64,000 nucleotides of DNA from Podarcis cretensis (lineage: Eukaryota): positions 35,340,001 to 35,404,000 of the forward strand of contig OX638162.1 in the NCBI GenBank assembly GCA_951804945.1. Direction: 5' to 3'. Numbering within the stretch: position 1 is the stretch's first letter; every line of letters starts with the position of its first letter. Made by a program: the position numbers and the translations under genes. Below are positions 1 through 12,314 of the stretch, piece by piece. The notes under the pieces are model-generated. The model worked only from the letters and a program-made list of their open reading frames with translations. It was not told where the DNA came from and did no database searches.

Positions 1-749
1 CTGTGACTATAGTCTCCCAAAACCTAATAGAAAGTTCATCCAATAACTTCCAAGTTTTAAATTGCATCTTTCTGCCATGAACCACTAGATTTAAAAATAC
101 ACCCATTACTAGATTACTATGAAGTCTAATCTGCACAAACTAAAAAAAGAAGGATTTTTAAAACTTGGATGTATTGCTTCCGCATCATGTTCAGTTAAAA
201 GCATCAGTAGAATATGCAGAACACCAGTTCATTTGACTTGCCTATTTAATGTGTGCATGATGTCAGTTGTACCACTGTGTGCACAGTTATTACTTTCTGT
301 ATTTTTAAAGAGTAATGTTTAAAAAACAGCCTTGCAAAAGGTAACTACAGTCACACTAATCTACAGAAATAAAGTTCAATTAACCACACTGCTGCACTGA
401 CTGCCTAACTTACTAGTGAAATAAGCAAGCAGCTGCAGTTTTGTGTCAAGGGCAATTTGGTATAAGATATTATTGTCTTCTGTGTGTCAGCTACAGCCAA
501 GCTAAAACTACTTGCATTTGGGAGTTTTTTATGAACACTTTCAGCAGTGCTGAAATGCATCTCCACTTGGAAGCCATTCCATGAGAAAATGTTTGCCTAT
601 TCGTTTGCTTTGTCTTCACTCTCAATTACTCTTATGTGCCCTCAGCCACATCATCATTGTCTGCTGTACAACACTGAAAATTAATTCTAAGTGATCTAAT
701 TTGCAAACAGGTTAAGTAGAAAATGTGGTATGTGCTACCTGAACACCAG

Positions 750-1184
750 TGTAATGGTTCTAGGGGTTGCTCGTGAGTAAAATCGGCGCCACACCTGGCT
801 GGGTTGCCTGAGTGAACCCTTTCTGTCCGGACAGCCACTCACCCGCGGCTGTCTCAATCTCTGGCAGAATCCGTCAGTGGGCGTTTCTTGAACTTCTTCC
901 AGCAAAGAAGCTCTTTGACGCCTAGTCTCCGCCTACTCTCCCTGCGCGGAAGCCTTCTGCGCAGGGAGGGTGTGGGCAGCGGAGGACCCGTGCTCTCCCC
1001 ACTGGTCTCCGGTGAGGAGTCATGGAGCCACCTCGCCGATTCCCCCATCTGCCCCCCTTCTCCACTGGTGCTATGCTGATTTCCTTCCCCAGAAGATGGG
1101 CTGCTTCTCTCCCTCCCGGGACGCTCTCCGGAATCCCTCTGGAGCCCTCCCTCTCCCTCTGGCTCTGATGGCAGTTCCCTGACA
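750..1184 (-). mobile_element. Solo LTR (Gypsy/ERV-like)
   Basis: TG...CA termini (tgtaatgg...ccctgaca) with a perfect 5-bp TSD ACCAG at 745-749 and 1185-1189. 435 bp, GC/CpG-rich. Orientation is inferred. Confidence 0.85.
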
Positions 1185-1980
1185 ACCAGTTTTCAAATAA
1201 TAATAATAAAAGGTAGCTTTTGACAGTATTAAGACAGAACAAATCAATGGTGTGCCCCCCCCCCACCACAAAAAAGCAAAAAACCCAAAAAAACAGGAAA
1301 GAAATCCCAGTGCTTGATGTGTTTCCATGGAAATTTTTCCATTTCCTAAATTCATTAGTAGCAATTAATCAGTGCCTACTGCAAATACAATCTTAGATAA
1401 GCTTGGTAGTTTCAATATTTCTAGCTTTGTTTACTACATACAAGTAAAAGGAAGGTGCTAAATTAGATCATTCTCTAGGGCATCAAATTTCCCAGTGCAA
1501 ACTTAAAAAAAAACAAATATTTAAATTTTTGCACAGGGAAATTTTCCCAATTTTTGTATGGGAAACTTGCACCACTAGAACCAGTGTGTATTTTGACACA
1601 CATAATACAAAGAGCTGTGGCAAGCATACTGCCCATTTTTAAGCATCCCAATTCATAATCAGGGGCCAGGAATCTGTGTCTCATGGGGCTAAACTCTTTT
1701 TTTCTTTGATTTCCTTTTTTAAAAAATAGCCCCAAGGTTATGAAGACAAAAAGCAAGGAAACAAAAAGGGCAACTTTTGCAATGCCAAAATTAGTTTGAC
1801 AAAGGCCTAACAGGTAAGCAAGAGGGAGCATTCAAGCAGTAGCCTAAAACCAGCACCTATGCCTGCTTTGTAACTTCAGCAAACATTTAGTGTGGTGGCT
1901 CCTACCTTTTGGAACTCCTATTACACACCAAACTTGTACCATTTCTATAGCTTTTGGGGGGTCTATGGAAGACAACCCTT

Positions 1981-2801
1981 TTGCGTGGACAGGCAGAGTC
2001 CCCCCAACCCCAGGCAACCCCCGGGTGGAATAATGACTTAAGACACTATGTTATTGGATAAAAACTGGCCACAACTTTATTAAAACTTCAGATGTAGGCA
2101 TTGGGTGTTTATCCCTCCCAGTCCCCAGCCGGGGAGCTGGAGAACCTCAGGGTTATCCAGAATGAGTGGGGATTGGGCTGGCTCTGGAGAACATCTGTTC
2201 AAGCAGAGAGCCCGTCCCCCATTTCGCAGCTGTCGCAGGGGAGAGCAATGACAACAACCCCTTTAACGGGGAACCCTGGGATCGCCACCGCGGGGAAAGG
2301 GGGTGGGAGTCACCGCTTCAGCCCCCCCCCCATTTAGGGAAGATAGACCAAAGGATTCTTCCCAAGGCCTGAAACCACCAAAGTTGTGACGTTTTGCTAC
2401 AGGGAAGGCAAAACCTGCCAATGCAGGAAAATTACTTTCCGGACCTTCAGCAGTGACCGTGATGTAGCAGTATCCGTGTACCTGTGAAGAAGAGGTTAAC
2501 CTGCAAAAGAAAGCTGAACCAAGGGACGGCAGGGTGGGAGAAGCTCTGGAGCCGACTGAGGATTCCCAGGTAAGTTCCACCCTCTACTGTATGGGCAGGA
2601 CAGTCCCTCCCCTTACCTGGCCAAATCTCCTGGCAACCCCTCCCCAGCCAGGATAGGCTGGCAGAGGTAGGAGGCAACCTCCAGGTATCCAGCTTGGAGG
2701 GGGGTGAAGCCAGGCTGTACTGCCGGGAGCCGCATAGGTCCAGGGGGGCTGCGCAGGACCATGCAAAAGGCACCCCCCATTTGATGTGGGGAGCGGTCAT
2801 T
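1981..2801 (-). mobile_element. Non-coding element of the 'GTCACAACTT/AATAAAGTTGTGGC' family, copy A (DIRS/Ngaro-like terminal unit or Helitron2-like; class unresolved)
   Basis: Reverse-complement homolog of 55919-56785 over most of its length (ends ttgcgtggac...gagcggtcatt). No TSD; flanked by TT/AA. Confidence 0.8.
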
Positions 2802-2949
2802 ACAATTGTTTTTACACATTAGATTTTTTATTTATTGTTGATGTTTCTACTGTGAAGTCACTTAGGGATACTTTATGAGAAACAATCCGGGAATGGACTC
2901 AAATAAATGTGAGTTTAAAGTGCAATGGCAGTGCTCTTTGGGAGTGTGC

Positions 2950-3530
2950 CAAGAGGGTGCTATTTGGTAACCCCAAGAATGCAGAGTGTGCTGCACTCTG
3001 TATGGGGCTGTGTTTGGCCCTGGTCCAGGAGCTCCAGCTGGTGCAAAATGTAGTGGCTAGACTGCTAATGGGAGCTGTTGGGTGACAGCATGTGACACCT
3101 CTGTTAAAACATCTTCACAGACTGCCCACATGATACCAGGCCAGGTTCAAGGTTTTTTGTTGATATACAAAGCCCTGAACAAACAACTTGGGTCTAGGAT
3201 ACTTTATATTCCAGTCCTATCACTGATATAATCTGGAGGAGCACTGTTCGCTATAGCCCATATTGCAGAGGCCCAACAGGATTCAGCCAGAAGGATCACA
3301 TTTAGTATTACCGGTTCCATTATGTGGAATATTCTTCCTGCACAGTCTTAACAGGCATTATCATGATTGGCTTTCAGGCATCTCTTGTCTGAAATACTCT
3401 GAACCTGTTTAAACTGATTAGTCAGTCACTTTAAGGATTATTTGAATTGTTTTAAATGGTGTTTTATGTTTTACTGTTGTTGATTTTCTATCATATGGTG
3501 GTATAGAAATGCTTTTTATACATAAATAGT
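2950..3530 (+). mobile_element. Degraded L2-clade LINE 3' fragment
   Basis: Decayed ORF2 C-terminal motifs (LQLVQN..ARLL, HVTPLLKHLH.LP) followed by a T-rich 3' UTR. Confidence 0.7.
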
Positions 3531-3633
3531 AAGTAAACTGGTTTTGAAATTATCAAAGTTATTTGCAAGTTGGCATAGCCCAGAGGGGTGAAGGATGTTT
3601 AATAAAAACCCATGCACAGTGAATTTGCTCTTA

Positions 3634-4049
3634 CAGTGGTACCTCGGGTTACAGACACTTCAGGTTACAGACTCTGCTAACCCAGAAATGCCATATTTTT
3701 CGCTCGATGACATGCACCTGACCATAACACGCAGTTTTTAGAGGAGGAAAACAAGGAAAAAAAATCTGAATGTAACAGTGGATGTATCATTTTTGTGCTT
3801 CATGCTGTGGCCACAGACATGTGATTTGATGGTGAGTTTCGGGTAGCCCAATGCAAAGATCCTGAGGATCCATGTGGATCCATGCTTTGTAACCACGTTT
3901 TAAGTGGGGAGGGAAGGAAAAACACAGAAGGGACAAGGAGCACGAGAGGGGTGTGAGGAGAAGCAGCTGGCTAACCATGCAGGAGAGGGGTTTAACGGGA
4001 AGGAGGAAAGGAAGGCAAACGTTTCCCCCCACCCACTCAAGCCAGCCCC

Positions 4050-4080
<31 letters not shown>

Positions 4081-4613
4081 CCACCTGCATTTTCCAGCTG
4101 CCTGCGATGCTGGACGCAGCAGCAGCAGCGGAGCACGGAGAGGAGGAGGTGGTGGCTGTCGGCCGCGCTCCTAGCCGACGGAACCTGAGCCGGGTGGGCT
4201 GGAGTTTGAGCAAACACAGCAACCGAAAACAGTGGGCAGTAAGACCCTGAGGCAGAATGCAGGAAAGCAGCAACCTCCTCTCTTTAGCCTTCCCTCCTCC
4301 GCGATCTGATTTTTGCCTGATTTTTGCCCCTGTACTCTGGCCAGTTGGCTCCAGGGACCACACATTTGCTCAATAACACACACAGACATTTCCCCTTACT
4401 TTTTAGGAGAAAAAATGTGAGTGTTATAGAGAGAAAATATGGTAGTACCTCGGGTTAAGAACTTTGCTTCAGGATGAGAACAGAAATTGCATGGCGGCGG
4501 CATAGCAGCAGCGGGAAGCCCCATTAGCTAAAGTGGTATCTCAGGTTAAGAACAGTTTCAGGTTAAGAACAGACCTCCAGAATGAATTAAGTTCTTAACC
4601 CGAGGTACCACTG
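3634..4613 (+). mobile_element. Tc1/mariner (Tigger-like) MITE, family 1, split by a nested insertion
   Basis: TIR cagtggtacctcgggtta...taacccgaggtaccactg with TA TSD (3632-33, 4614-15). The halves 3634-3690 and 4443-4613 rejoin to match the intact copies at 28852 and 63527. Confidence 0.92.
3691..4442. mobile_element. Tc1/mariner (pogo/Tigger-like) non-autonomous element, family 2, nested in family 1 and carrying internal cargo
   Basis: TIR ccatatttttcgctc...gagagaaaatatgg, duplicated TA site (TG at 3689-90, TA at 4443-44). Termini are shared with 24395-24644. Confidence 0.88.
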
Positions 4614-4733
4614 TATTAGTAGACAGATTACAAATTATTTCTTCCACTGGTCCCACCATCTCCTGTACAAATTACACTCTCCCCAGGGCTGTTATTCAGG
4701 GCTGTTACTCACTGTAAAATTTATAGTATACAT

Positions 4734-5003
4734 CAGGGGTCGGCAACCTAAGGCCCATGGGCCACAAGAGGCCCATGGGGGTCATTTTACCGGCCCCCGA
4801 GCTGCCCCTGAACTGAGCCACCCACTCAGTGAGTCCCCGCCCACTGCGCTAAACTGGCGCAGCGCAGCGACTTGCTTTCGTGGTGCCAGAAATCAATTCT
4901 GCGCAGATCCCGGAAGTCACTCACGTGTGCCCACGATCCAGCCCACAGAGGGGGCTCCACAGCAGTGAACTGGCCCAGGCAAGGTAAGCCTTGCCGACCC
5001 CTG
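4734..5003. mobile_element. hAT-type MITE
   Basis: Perfect 13-bp TIR caggggtcggcaa/ttgccgacccctg; degenerate 8-bp TSD gtatacat/gcataaat. Confidence 0.85.
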
Positions 5004-7188
5004 GCATAAATCAAGAGTAGCCAGTTTGGCCAATTGTCCAGCATGGACAATTGATCCAAGCCAGCATGGCCAATTGTCAGGGATGATGAGAGAATAACAA
5101 CATTGAGAGACCACATAGTCTCACATAGAGACCCTCTTCCTTGGAGAGGGAACATAGCTCAGTGGTAGACCAACTCTCTCCCTCTCTGTTTTTCTTGGTG
5201 TTTATAGGCTTTCTGTTGTTGTTTGGTGGTTGTCATTGAAAAAGAAAAGTGGGCATGGGCTGGGCAATGAATTCCATCCTCTTTTACTCTCACTGACACA
5301 TAAGCCCATTCCATCCCATCCCTCTGCACGCCACTTCAGCCTGTTGTGCACATTGTGAGCATCATTTATAATGCCATACTTTTTAGTACATTCACCAGAA
5401 AAAAAATATGCATGCAGCTCTTGTATATAATGCATATTTTGGTGCACACTTTTTGCACATCAAAAATGCACTGCAAACTCCAAATAAATGCATTGAATCA
5501 ACTGTCAGATGCATTCTGATACACAAGCACATCCAAGAGTGTCCGATAAGGTTGGTTTGTCATGAAAAGTAGACCGAACAAATCCATCCTCCTACCTAAT
5601 TTGAAGGCAGCACTTGGGAGGTTGCAGAATTTAGAAGTCTGAGGGCAAAAGCACACATATTAGACCAGAATTGAATCTATGCATCAGTTCTGCCATGAGA
5701 ATCCACACAATCATATTTCCATATGAATTTCACAGAAGGGATTAATCACAGCTCAATTTATTTTATCATCTAGCTTCGGCTGGAGGGACAAGTTCTCCTT
5801 ATCCTTGCCTTTGAACTTATCAACATTTTAAGCCAACAATTTTGCAGACATATGATCATGTTTTGGAGCAATGTGGGAGATGGAAGGGGGGGGGGAGGAT
5901 TTTCAGAGGTTAGAAAGCATGCAATTTTGACTTCAGATGCATTTCATTTAAATAATTATTTAGAAAAAGGAGGATTTACAGAGTTCCCATCCTACCCTCT
6001 CATACTAATTATATGGAAGCATTTACTGCATCCAGAGGAGCAAAAATGCTACATGGCTCAAGTTTGGGAAATCAACTCCACTTCACACCTCCGTAGACCA
6101 GAAAGGGGCACAATAGAGTTATAATATGGGGAAAAACCATTGTGAGACCGTTTATGATAGAAGCAAGGTCTCATGAAAAATCAGCTCATATCCAGGGCAC
6201 AGACGCTAAAATGAGCACTGAATGGGCCCTGCTGCAATGTGGAGGATGCACTAGAGAAAAAATCAATGTTTCCAATTTGTAAAGAAAGCATGCATCAAGT
6301 ATTATTACCATGATGTATAAGCACTGCATAAACCCATTTATACCACACACATTAAGGATAAATTGCCTGAATAAATTCTATTATTCTGAGGAATGCTGCA
6401 AATTACATGCTGACATGTCAGAAAAGTGGAAATAATAGTGTTGACATTACTAGTATTATATGCTATTCCTGCCTTTCTCCACTGCCATTTATTTGGGCTA
6501 TGATGCAGCCGCTCTCCCATCCCTGTCTGAACGTGTGCAGTTTGCAGTGCAAAATTAGGTCCTGTGAATTGCATCACTTCTATACATTGGGACATATTTC
6601 AACATTACCCCAGACCAGTGGCCACGCTGTCTGAAGATGGTGGGAGCTGGGGTCCATCTCTGGAGGGCTACAAGTTCTCCATCCCTGTCCTTATTACTTA
6701 ACATAAGCCATATCCCATGAAAGGTTTAAAGCCCATAAGTTGTTTTTGGAACCCTGCCATGTACACTCAACTCATACCACTGAGAGGCTTCAAACAATAC
6801 TTTGCTATGTAGAAACAGGATGTAGAAGTCAGCTAAACATTCTGGCCTTCTGCAAAAATACATGCCAACTCAGCCATTGCATTTTTTTCTCTTAAAAAGC
6901 AAAACTCCCATCATTTCCTGCCCAATGTCTCTGCTGATGAGAGTGAGGGTCCAACAACACCTGGAGGGCCACAGATTCTTAATCCCTGCTCTGATTGCAT
7001 TGCGTGTTAATGGCTGGATTACAGTTTTACTCTTTCTCTTTCTCTCTGTAAGATCCTTTAACTTTAACAGTATTAACCCTTAAGGTACACACAGAATGAT
7101 CTCTACTGTTGCACTTCCAGCAGCTTTTACATTAGTCACTTTGTGGGGGGGGGGGACTACAAGTAAAAATAAATGAGAATAAGAATAA

Positions 7189-7708
7189 TGTATCATTGCA
7201 CACCATCCCAATCTTCAAGCAAAGCAAGATTCCAGAGATCCTAGGGTTCGTGTTTCCTTTGGAATGAGGTAAAGCAGAAACTGCATTGTCTTTACGATAT
7301 ACAGCATGTTTTATTTACACACACATACAACCTGAACCTACGATAGAGGGGTTCACAGCATTAGCACCCCAATATGGTCTTGCTTCTTCCATAGCAGCAG
7401 CCTTGGATCCAAACAGAAATCAAATATCGCTCTGACTCTCTCTGGCTTCCCAGTCTGCAGCTCTTCTTCCAGTTTCTAGCTCGTATCACTCAACTTTCTC
7501 TGTTCTCAACTCTGCTTTTGTCCTTCTAACTACCCACAAGTTGAGGGAGGCGGCCTCACCCATTTATGGCTCACACAAGTCCCTTCCTTTGTTCCCCTTA
7601 ATGGCCCATCACCCGGGCTATCACCTCAACAGGAAGCTTATCTTGGCTATTCCAAGTATTAGAAGGGGGTCCAGGCATTCAGCCTAACCTCCCACAAAAC
7701 TCATAACA
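7189..7708 (-). mobile_element. Probable solo LTR
   Basis: TG...CA ends (tgtatcat...cataaca), AATAAA on the minus strand near 7310, imperfect 4-bp TSD ataa/atat. Confidence 0.6.
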
Positions 7709-7850
7709 ATATGTTAATAGAATGGCAGCCGTTTCTAAAAGTTTGGAAATGAAGGCAAGAGCCCATATGATCTCCTGCTGAGTTTTGGATGGATATGAAG
7801 CTTTGCCGGTCCTGTCTACCTTGTGATTCATTCTAAGTATAACATTCCAT

Positions 7851-8213
7851 GGGACGCAGGTGGCGCTGTGGGTTAAAGCCTCAGCGCCTAGGGCTTGCCG
7901 ATCGAAAGGTCGGCGGTTCGAATCCCTGCGGCAGGGTGCGCTCCCGCTGCTCGGTCCCAGCGCCTGCCAACCTAGCAGTTCGAAAGCACCTCCGGGTGCA
8001 AGTAGATAAATAGGGACCGCTTACCAGCGGGAAGGTAAACGGCGTTTCCGTGTGCGGCTCTGGCTCGCCAGAGCAGCGATGTCACGCTGGCCACGTGACC
8101 CGGAAGTGTCTCCGGACAGCGCTGGCCCCTGGCCTCTTAAGTGAGATGGGCGCACAACCCCAGAGTCTGTCAAGATTGGCCCGTATGGGCAGGGGTACCT
8201 TTACCTTTACCTT
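7851..8213 (+). mobile_element. Full-length Sauria SINE (young, CpG-rich)
   Basis: tRNA-like head with A box tggcgctgtgg and B box ggttcgaatcc, (ACCTTT)n tail, perfect 13-bp TSD tataacattccat (7838-7850, 8214-8226). Confidence 0.95.
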
Positions 8214-8589
8214 TATAACATTCCATATTACTGTATATGGGTTGTGTTACTCCAGTTGTATTTTACAATGGTCTATGTGCAAATAAATAATCGTGAACTA
8301 CAATTATAAATAATACTAGCAATGTAGGAAGGGGAAAGAACTCTGAACTAAAATTAAAACAAAGAGTAGAAGTTTTGAGAGTAAAATAGATATACCATCC
8401 CTTTGGGTGGTATAAAACTTCTGGAAAGAAAAGAGGTTTCTAATAATTAATTATGTTCCTGCTGTTACAACCTTGGGCCTCAGTGGAGTTATTAAAAATC
8501 CAGCATTCTGTTTTTAGTCGATGAGTAAGAAGATAAGGAACAAGACAAGATAAAAAGAGAAACAAGAGAATGTAATGGGTTTGGGTAGG

Positions 8590-8790
8590 GTAGTAGATTG
8601 TAGTGTTAGAGGGGACCTAAAAGCTCATAGAATGTAACCCCCTGCTGATATGTGAAATACACTACTGCAGATTCCCTTATAAGTGGTCATCCACCATCTG
8701 CTTAAAAATGGAGGAGTGTCCACCACCTTCTGAGACGGTCTGTTCCACTTCTGAACAATTAATACCTCCAGGGAGCTTTTCCTGATGAGA
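8590..8790 (-). mobile_element. CR1 LINE 3' end remnant
   Basis: Reverse complement resembles the CR1 3' UTR and ORF2 end; compare the plus-strand tail at 59315-59415. Confidence 0.6.
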
Positions 8791-9112
8791 GATACTGGGC
8801 AAGGGTACCAGACCACAGCACTTACCGTCTTACAGCAGTACTCTTGTAATCAAAGCACATCAGATATGCTTTCCATGCTCCATTAATTTCAGCCAAGGTA
8901 CTCATTTCCACATCTATCAACATTCACCATTAAATTATGAGAGGCAATGATTAAATGCTGAATTCTTGAGATGAATAATACCAGCAATGACTTAACCCAT
9001 CATACTCCTTTTGACATTTCTTTCTTGAAACATTTTGGTTAATGATAGCATTCACCAGTTAGGGAAATGTTGGTCATTAGCTGAAAGGCACTCAGTGATA
9101 AATGGATAGATG

Positions 9113-9748
9113 CAGTGGCGTAGCGTGGGAGGTGTAGGGGGGGCCGGCCGCACCGGGTGCAACATCTGGGGGGGGCGTGCTCGCCGCCTCCAGAGTCACC
9201 GAAGAGCCTCGGGGGCAGGCTGTAGCAGAGCCCCATGTCTCGCGGAACCGACGAGCTGTGAGCACATCCGGGCTGAAGGCGTCCGGCAGGCACCGGCTCT
9301 CAGCGCTCGCCGTGGTCCCCGCGCGTCAGGGCCGCGGAGGGCGCGCCAGGCAGCCCCTCCTCACAGCCCCACCACTGCCGCTGCTGCTGCAGCGGCTGGG
9401 CCATATTGCATTTTCCTCGCCTCTCTGCCCTCCTCCTCCTCCGGGCAAGCGGCGTCGTTTGGGTGGCAGCGCCAGCGGCAACTCGCCTCAGATCACCTGA
9501 CACGGACCCGCCGCCGCCGTGGCTACCTTACCGTAAATACCCTAGCCCAGGCAGCAGCAAGAAGAAGCTGGCAGCGGCGGCAGGTTAGGGGTTAGGGGTG
9601 CAAATTACTTGCCTTGCCCCGGGTTAGGGGGCGCAAATTACTTGCCTTGCCCCAGGTTAGGGGGCGCAAATTACTTGCCTTGCCCCAGGTTAGGGGGCGC
9701 AAATTACTTGCCTTGCCCCGGGTGCTGACAACCCACGCTACGCCGCTG
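9113..9748. mobile_element. hAT-type non-autonomous element with CpG-rich cargo and an internal minisatellite
   Basis: 17-bp TIR cagtggcgtagcgtggg/cccacgctacgccgctg (1 mismatch); 8-bp TSD gatagatg/aatagatg; inserted in a (TAGA/TGGA)n microsatellite. Confidence 0.9.
9590..9720 (+). repeat. 33-bp minisatellite, 4 copies, each containing TTAGGG
   Basis: Unit ggttagggggcgcaaattacttgccttgcccc(a/g) starts at 9590, 9622, 9655 and 9688; no spacers. Confidence 0.95.
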
Positions 9749-11774
9749 AATAGATGGATGGATGGATAGATGATAGATAAATAGATCCTGACTTCATTGG
9801 TTCTTACATATTTTCTCAGTAAATAAAATTGGGGGAGGGCACTTAAAAGCTCAGTTCATATGCATTGTGCTCTAAAAATATGTTTTGCCATCAAACAGCA
9901 GCAGGCCTCACAAGAATGCTGCAAGGTACAAACAATATGGATCCTTGTTTGCAAAATTTGGGGGTGGTTGTGCACCTAACAGAGGGTGGTTTGCCTCAAG
10001 TAGTTTCTTTCAGCCTGGTGCCCTTCAGATATTTCGAACTACAACTCTTATCCTGCCCAGCCAGCATAACACATACATGCATCTCCCTCTCTCTTTTGGA
10101 AGTGGAATGAATGTTGCAATTTGTTTATTAGCCACCCAGATTTTACAATCCCTGACCAAACTGCCTGAAATTCAGTTTGGGAGGGAACCATGAAAAAGCT
10201 TAGTCTTGGCAAAGCTTGTTATGTTGGAATGCTGCTGGAGCGATGTTTTGATTGTGTCTCATTCCTCCTCTTCTATCATTTGCAGTCATTATTTGGGGAC
10301 TCTAAATCCTCCGTTTTAGCACCCCATAATGTGTTTGAGCTGTGTATTCTCCCCCCTCATCTCATCACTTGTAGAACCCAGCTATAAAAATTGTGTGCCT
10401 GGTTTATGGCACATCAACCTAATTTAAACCATTCCAGAGAACAGCTGCATAGAAATGCAGGGCTAAACTTTCTCCCTTTCCCCACCCAGCCCCCTCCATC
10501 CCAAATTGATTCTATTATCAGGCGGTTGCCCCTACCTTTAACCATACGGATAAGAGCATGTTTAATGGTCTTGTCTTAATTACTGGGACTGGCTAGGGAC
10601 ACCAAGAGAGGCTGAAGGGCAAAGCAGCCAGAGTGAAGGACATTGCTGATAATCTTATCAAAGGTTTCTCTTGGAGAGAGAGGGGAAAAAAGAGGGAGAA
10701 AGAAAGAAATACAACTATCTCCACCCTAGTCATTAGTCAGATATAAACAGGTATTTGACTTGACATGGTTATAAGCCCTATTATCACAGTCTGAGCTGGC
10801 TTCTTCTTCTTCTTTATGTGCTTTATTGGAAGATAGATGATGGCCCTGCACCAATTCCACTTAATGGGGTTAGACATATTTCCAAACAATATGTGCATGG
10901 TTTAAACAGCTGAACGCACATTTGAGAATGATTCACTGCTCTTGTCTTGCATGTGAGAAATCTAATGTTAAAAAACAACAACACAGACGCTACTTCTAAT
11001 AAGAGGTATAAATCCAACATTTCGTGGGTAACCTTCTGACTACATATCACACATCCAAGGTCCCTCCCTCCCTCCCTCCCCACCCTCTCCTATTTTCTAC
11101 TTTATTTTACTTCAATGATAACTAACAGGCTGTCTTTATCAAGGACAGAACTGGAACATCCTTAACTGATTCAGCATCCCCCCAAATAGTACTCTGTCCC
11201 ATTCTATATCCATCGCAGATGGTATGGTGGGGCAGAGGCACTAACATGACCTCCTGGCAGGTGAGTCGCTGCTGCTCACTAGGAGGTGAGAGGCTGTGAG
11301 GCTGGCATAGTGCAAATGCACCATCAATCTGGCACTCATGTTTTCACACCATACTACCCTCCACACTGTTTTGCCCCTTGCCCTCCCTGTAAGCAGCAGT
11401 GACTCATCTGCCAGGAGGTCATTGAAACACATCTCTCCCACTAAGCCTTCTGCCACTCTCTAAATCTGGGGCATATGTTGGTTAGCAGCAATTCTGATGC
11501 AATGGCACCGCCACCATGGATGAATATTCTAGTTCAGCAAAATAAAAAGAAGAAAATTCTAAACTTCTGGCATGTCAGTGATTTAGCCTCCTTGCCACAG
11601 AGGCTAACGGAGGACTCCAAAACATACATGGAACTCACAAGTCAGTGTTTTCCATACATAGCCATGTTTAGCCCAGTCCTTGGCATCTGAATACTAGACA
11701 CCCAGGGAATGACAGTGGGGGAGGTCTGTTGTGATTGTTTCCTGTTAGTTGATTTACTCCTGAAGCCTTTCTCA

Positions 11775-12140
11775 CAAATGTGTAGGGTTACAAGGCAGTG
11801 GAGGATAAGGATCAGTTTACCTGCTCTGAGATGGGCTACATTCCCAGGTTGACGAGCTCCATGTGCTCCACATTTCCCTCAATACCACATGCAGAAGCCA
11901 CCCTCTTGACCGTTAGACCTGCTATGGATCTCATCCGCTTAATCTGCCCAAGTGTATGCAGGGGATAGACAAGGAACTCATCTGATTCACTGAGGGTTTA
12001 AGACCCATCGGCTACCTTCACCTGGTTTCGCTGGCCAGTGCAGATTGGGGATCAAAGATGGACAAACTACCCCAGAAGGAGCACATCATGTCCCCCACCA
12101 AGATACTACCCCTCACCTAGCACCCCATACACCCCAATCT
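11775..12140. mobile_element. Putative RTE-clade-derived interspersed repeat
   Basis: Contains 'agacccatcggctaccttcacctggttt', which I recall from RTE-related repeats. No TSD found. Confidence 0.3.
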
Positions 12141-12314
12141 GTATGAAGAGATAATCACAGACTGCAGAAAACTGATGAAGTGATGGGCAGAGTACCATCA
12201 AGAACTGTACTCATGGGAAATTATGACCACTGACACAGCAGTTGTCAGCGTCCAGACTCCACCTTTCTTGGAAGAGCTGGATGTCTCTTCCTCACTTGAC
12301 ACATCGTCCAAAAT

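Noticed and set aside
9110-9595. 161-aa and overlapping GC-rich ORFs
   Set aside because: They are low-complexity translations inside a TIR element; high GC content alone explains the lack of stops.
9590-9720. 33-bp repeats resembling a CRISPR array
   Set aside because: The units are head-to-tail with no unique spacers, there are no cas genes, and the context is a eukaryotic TE.
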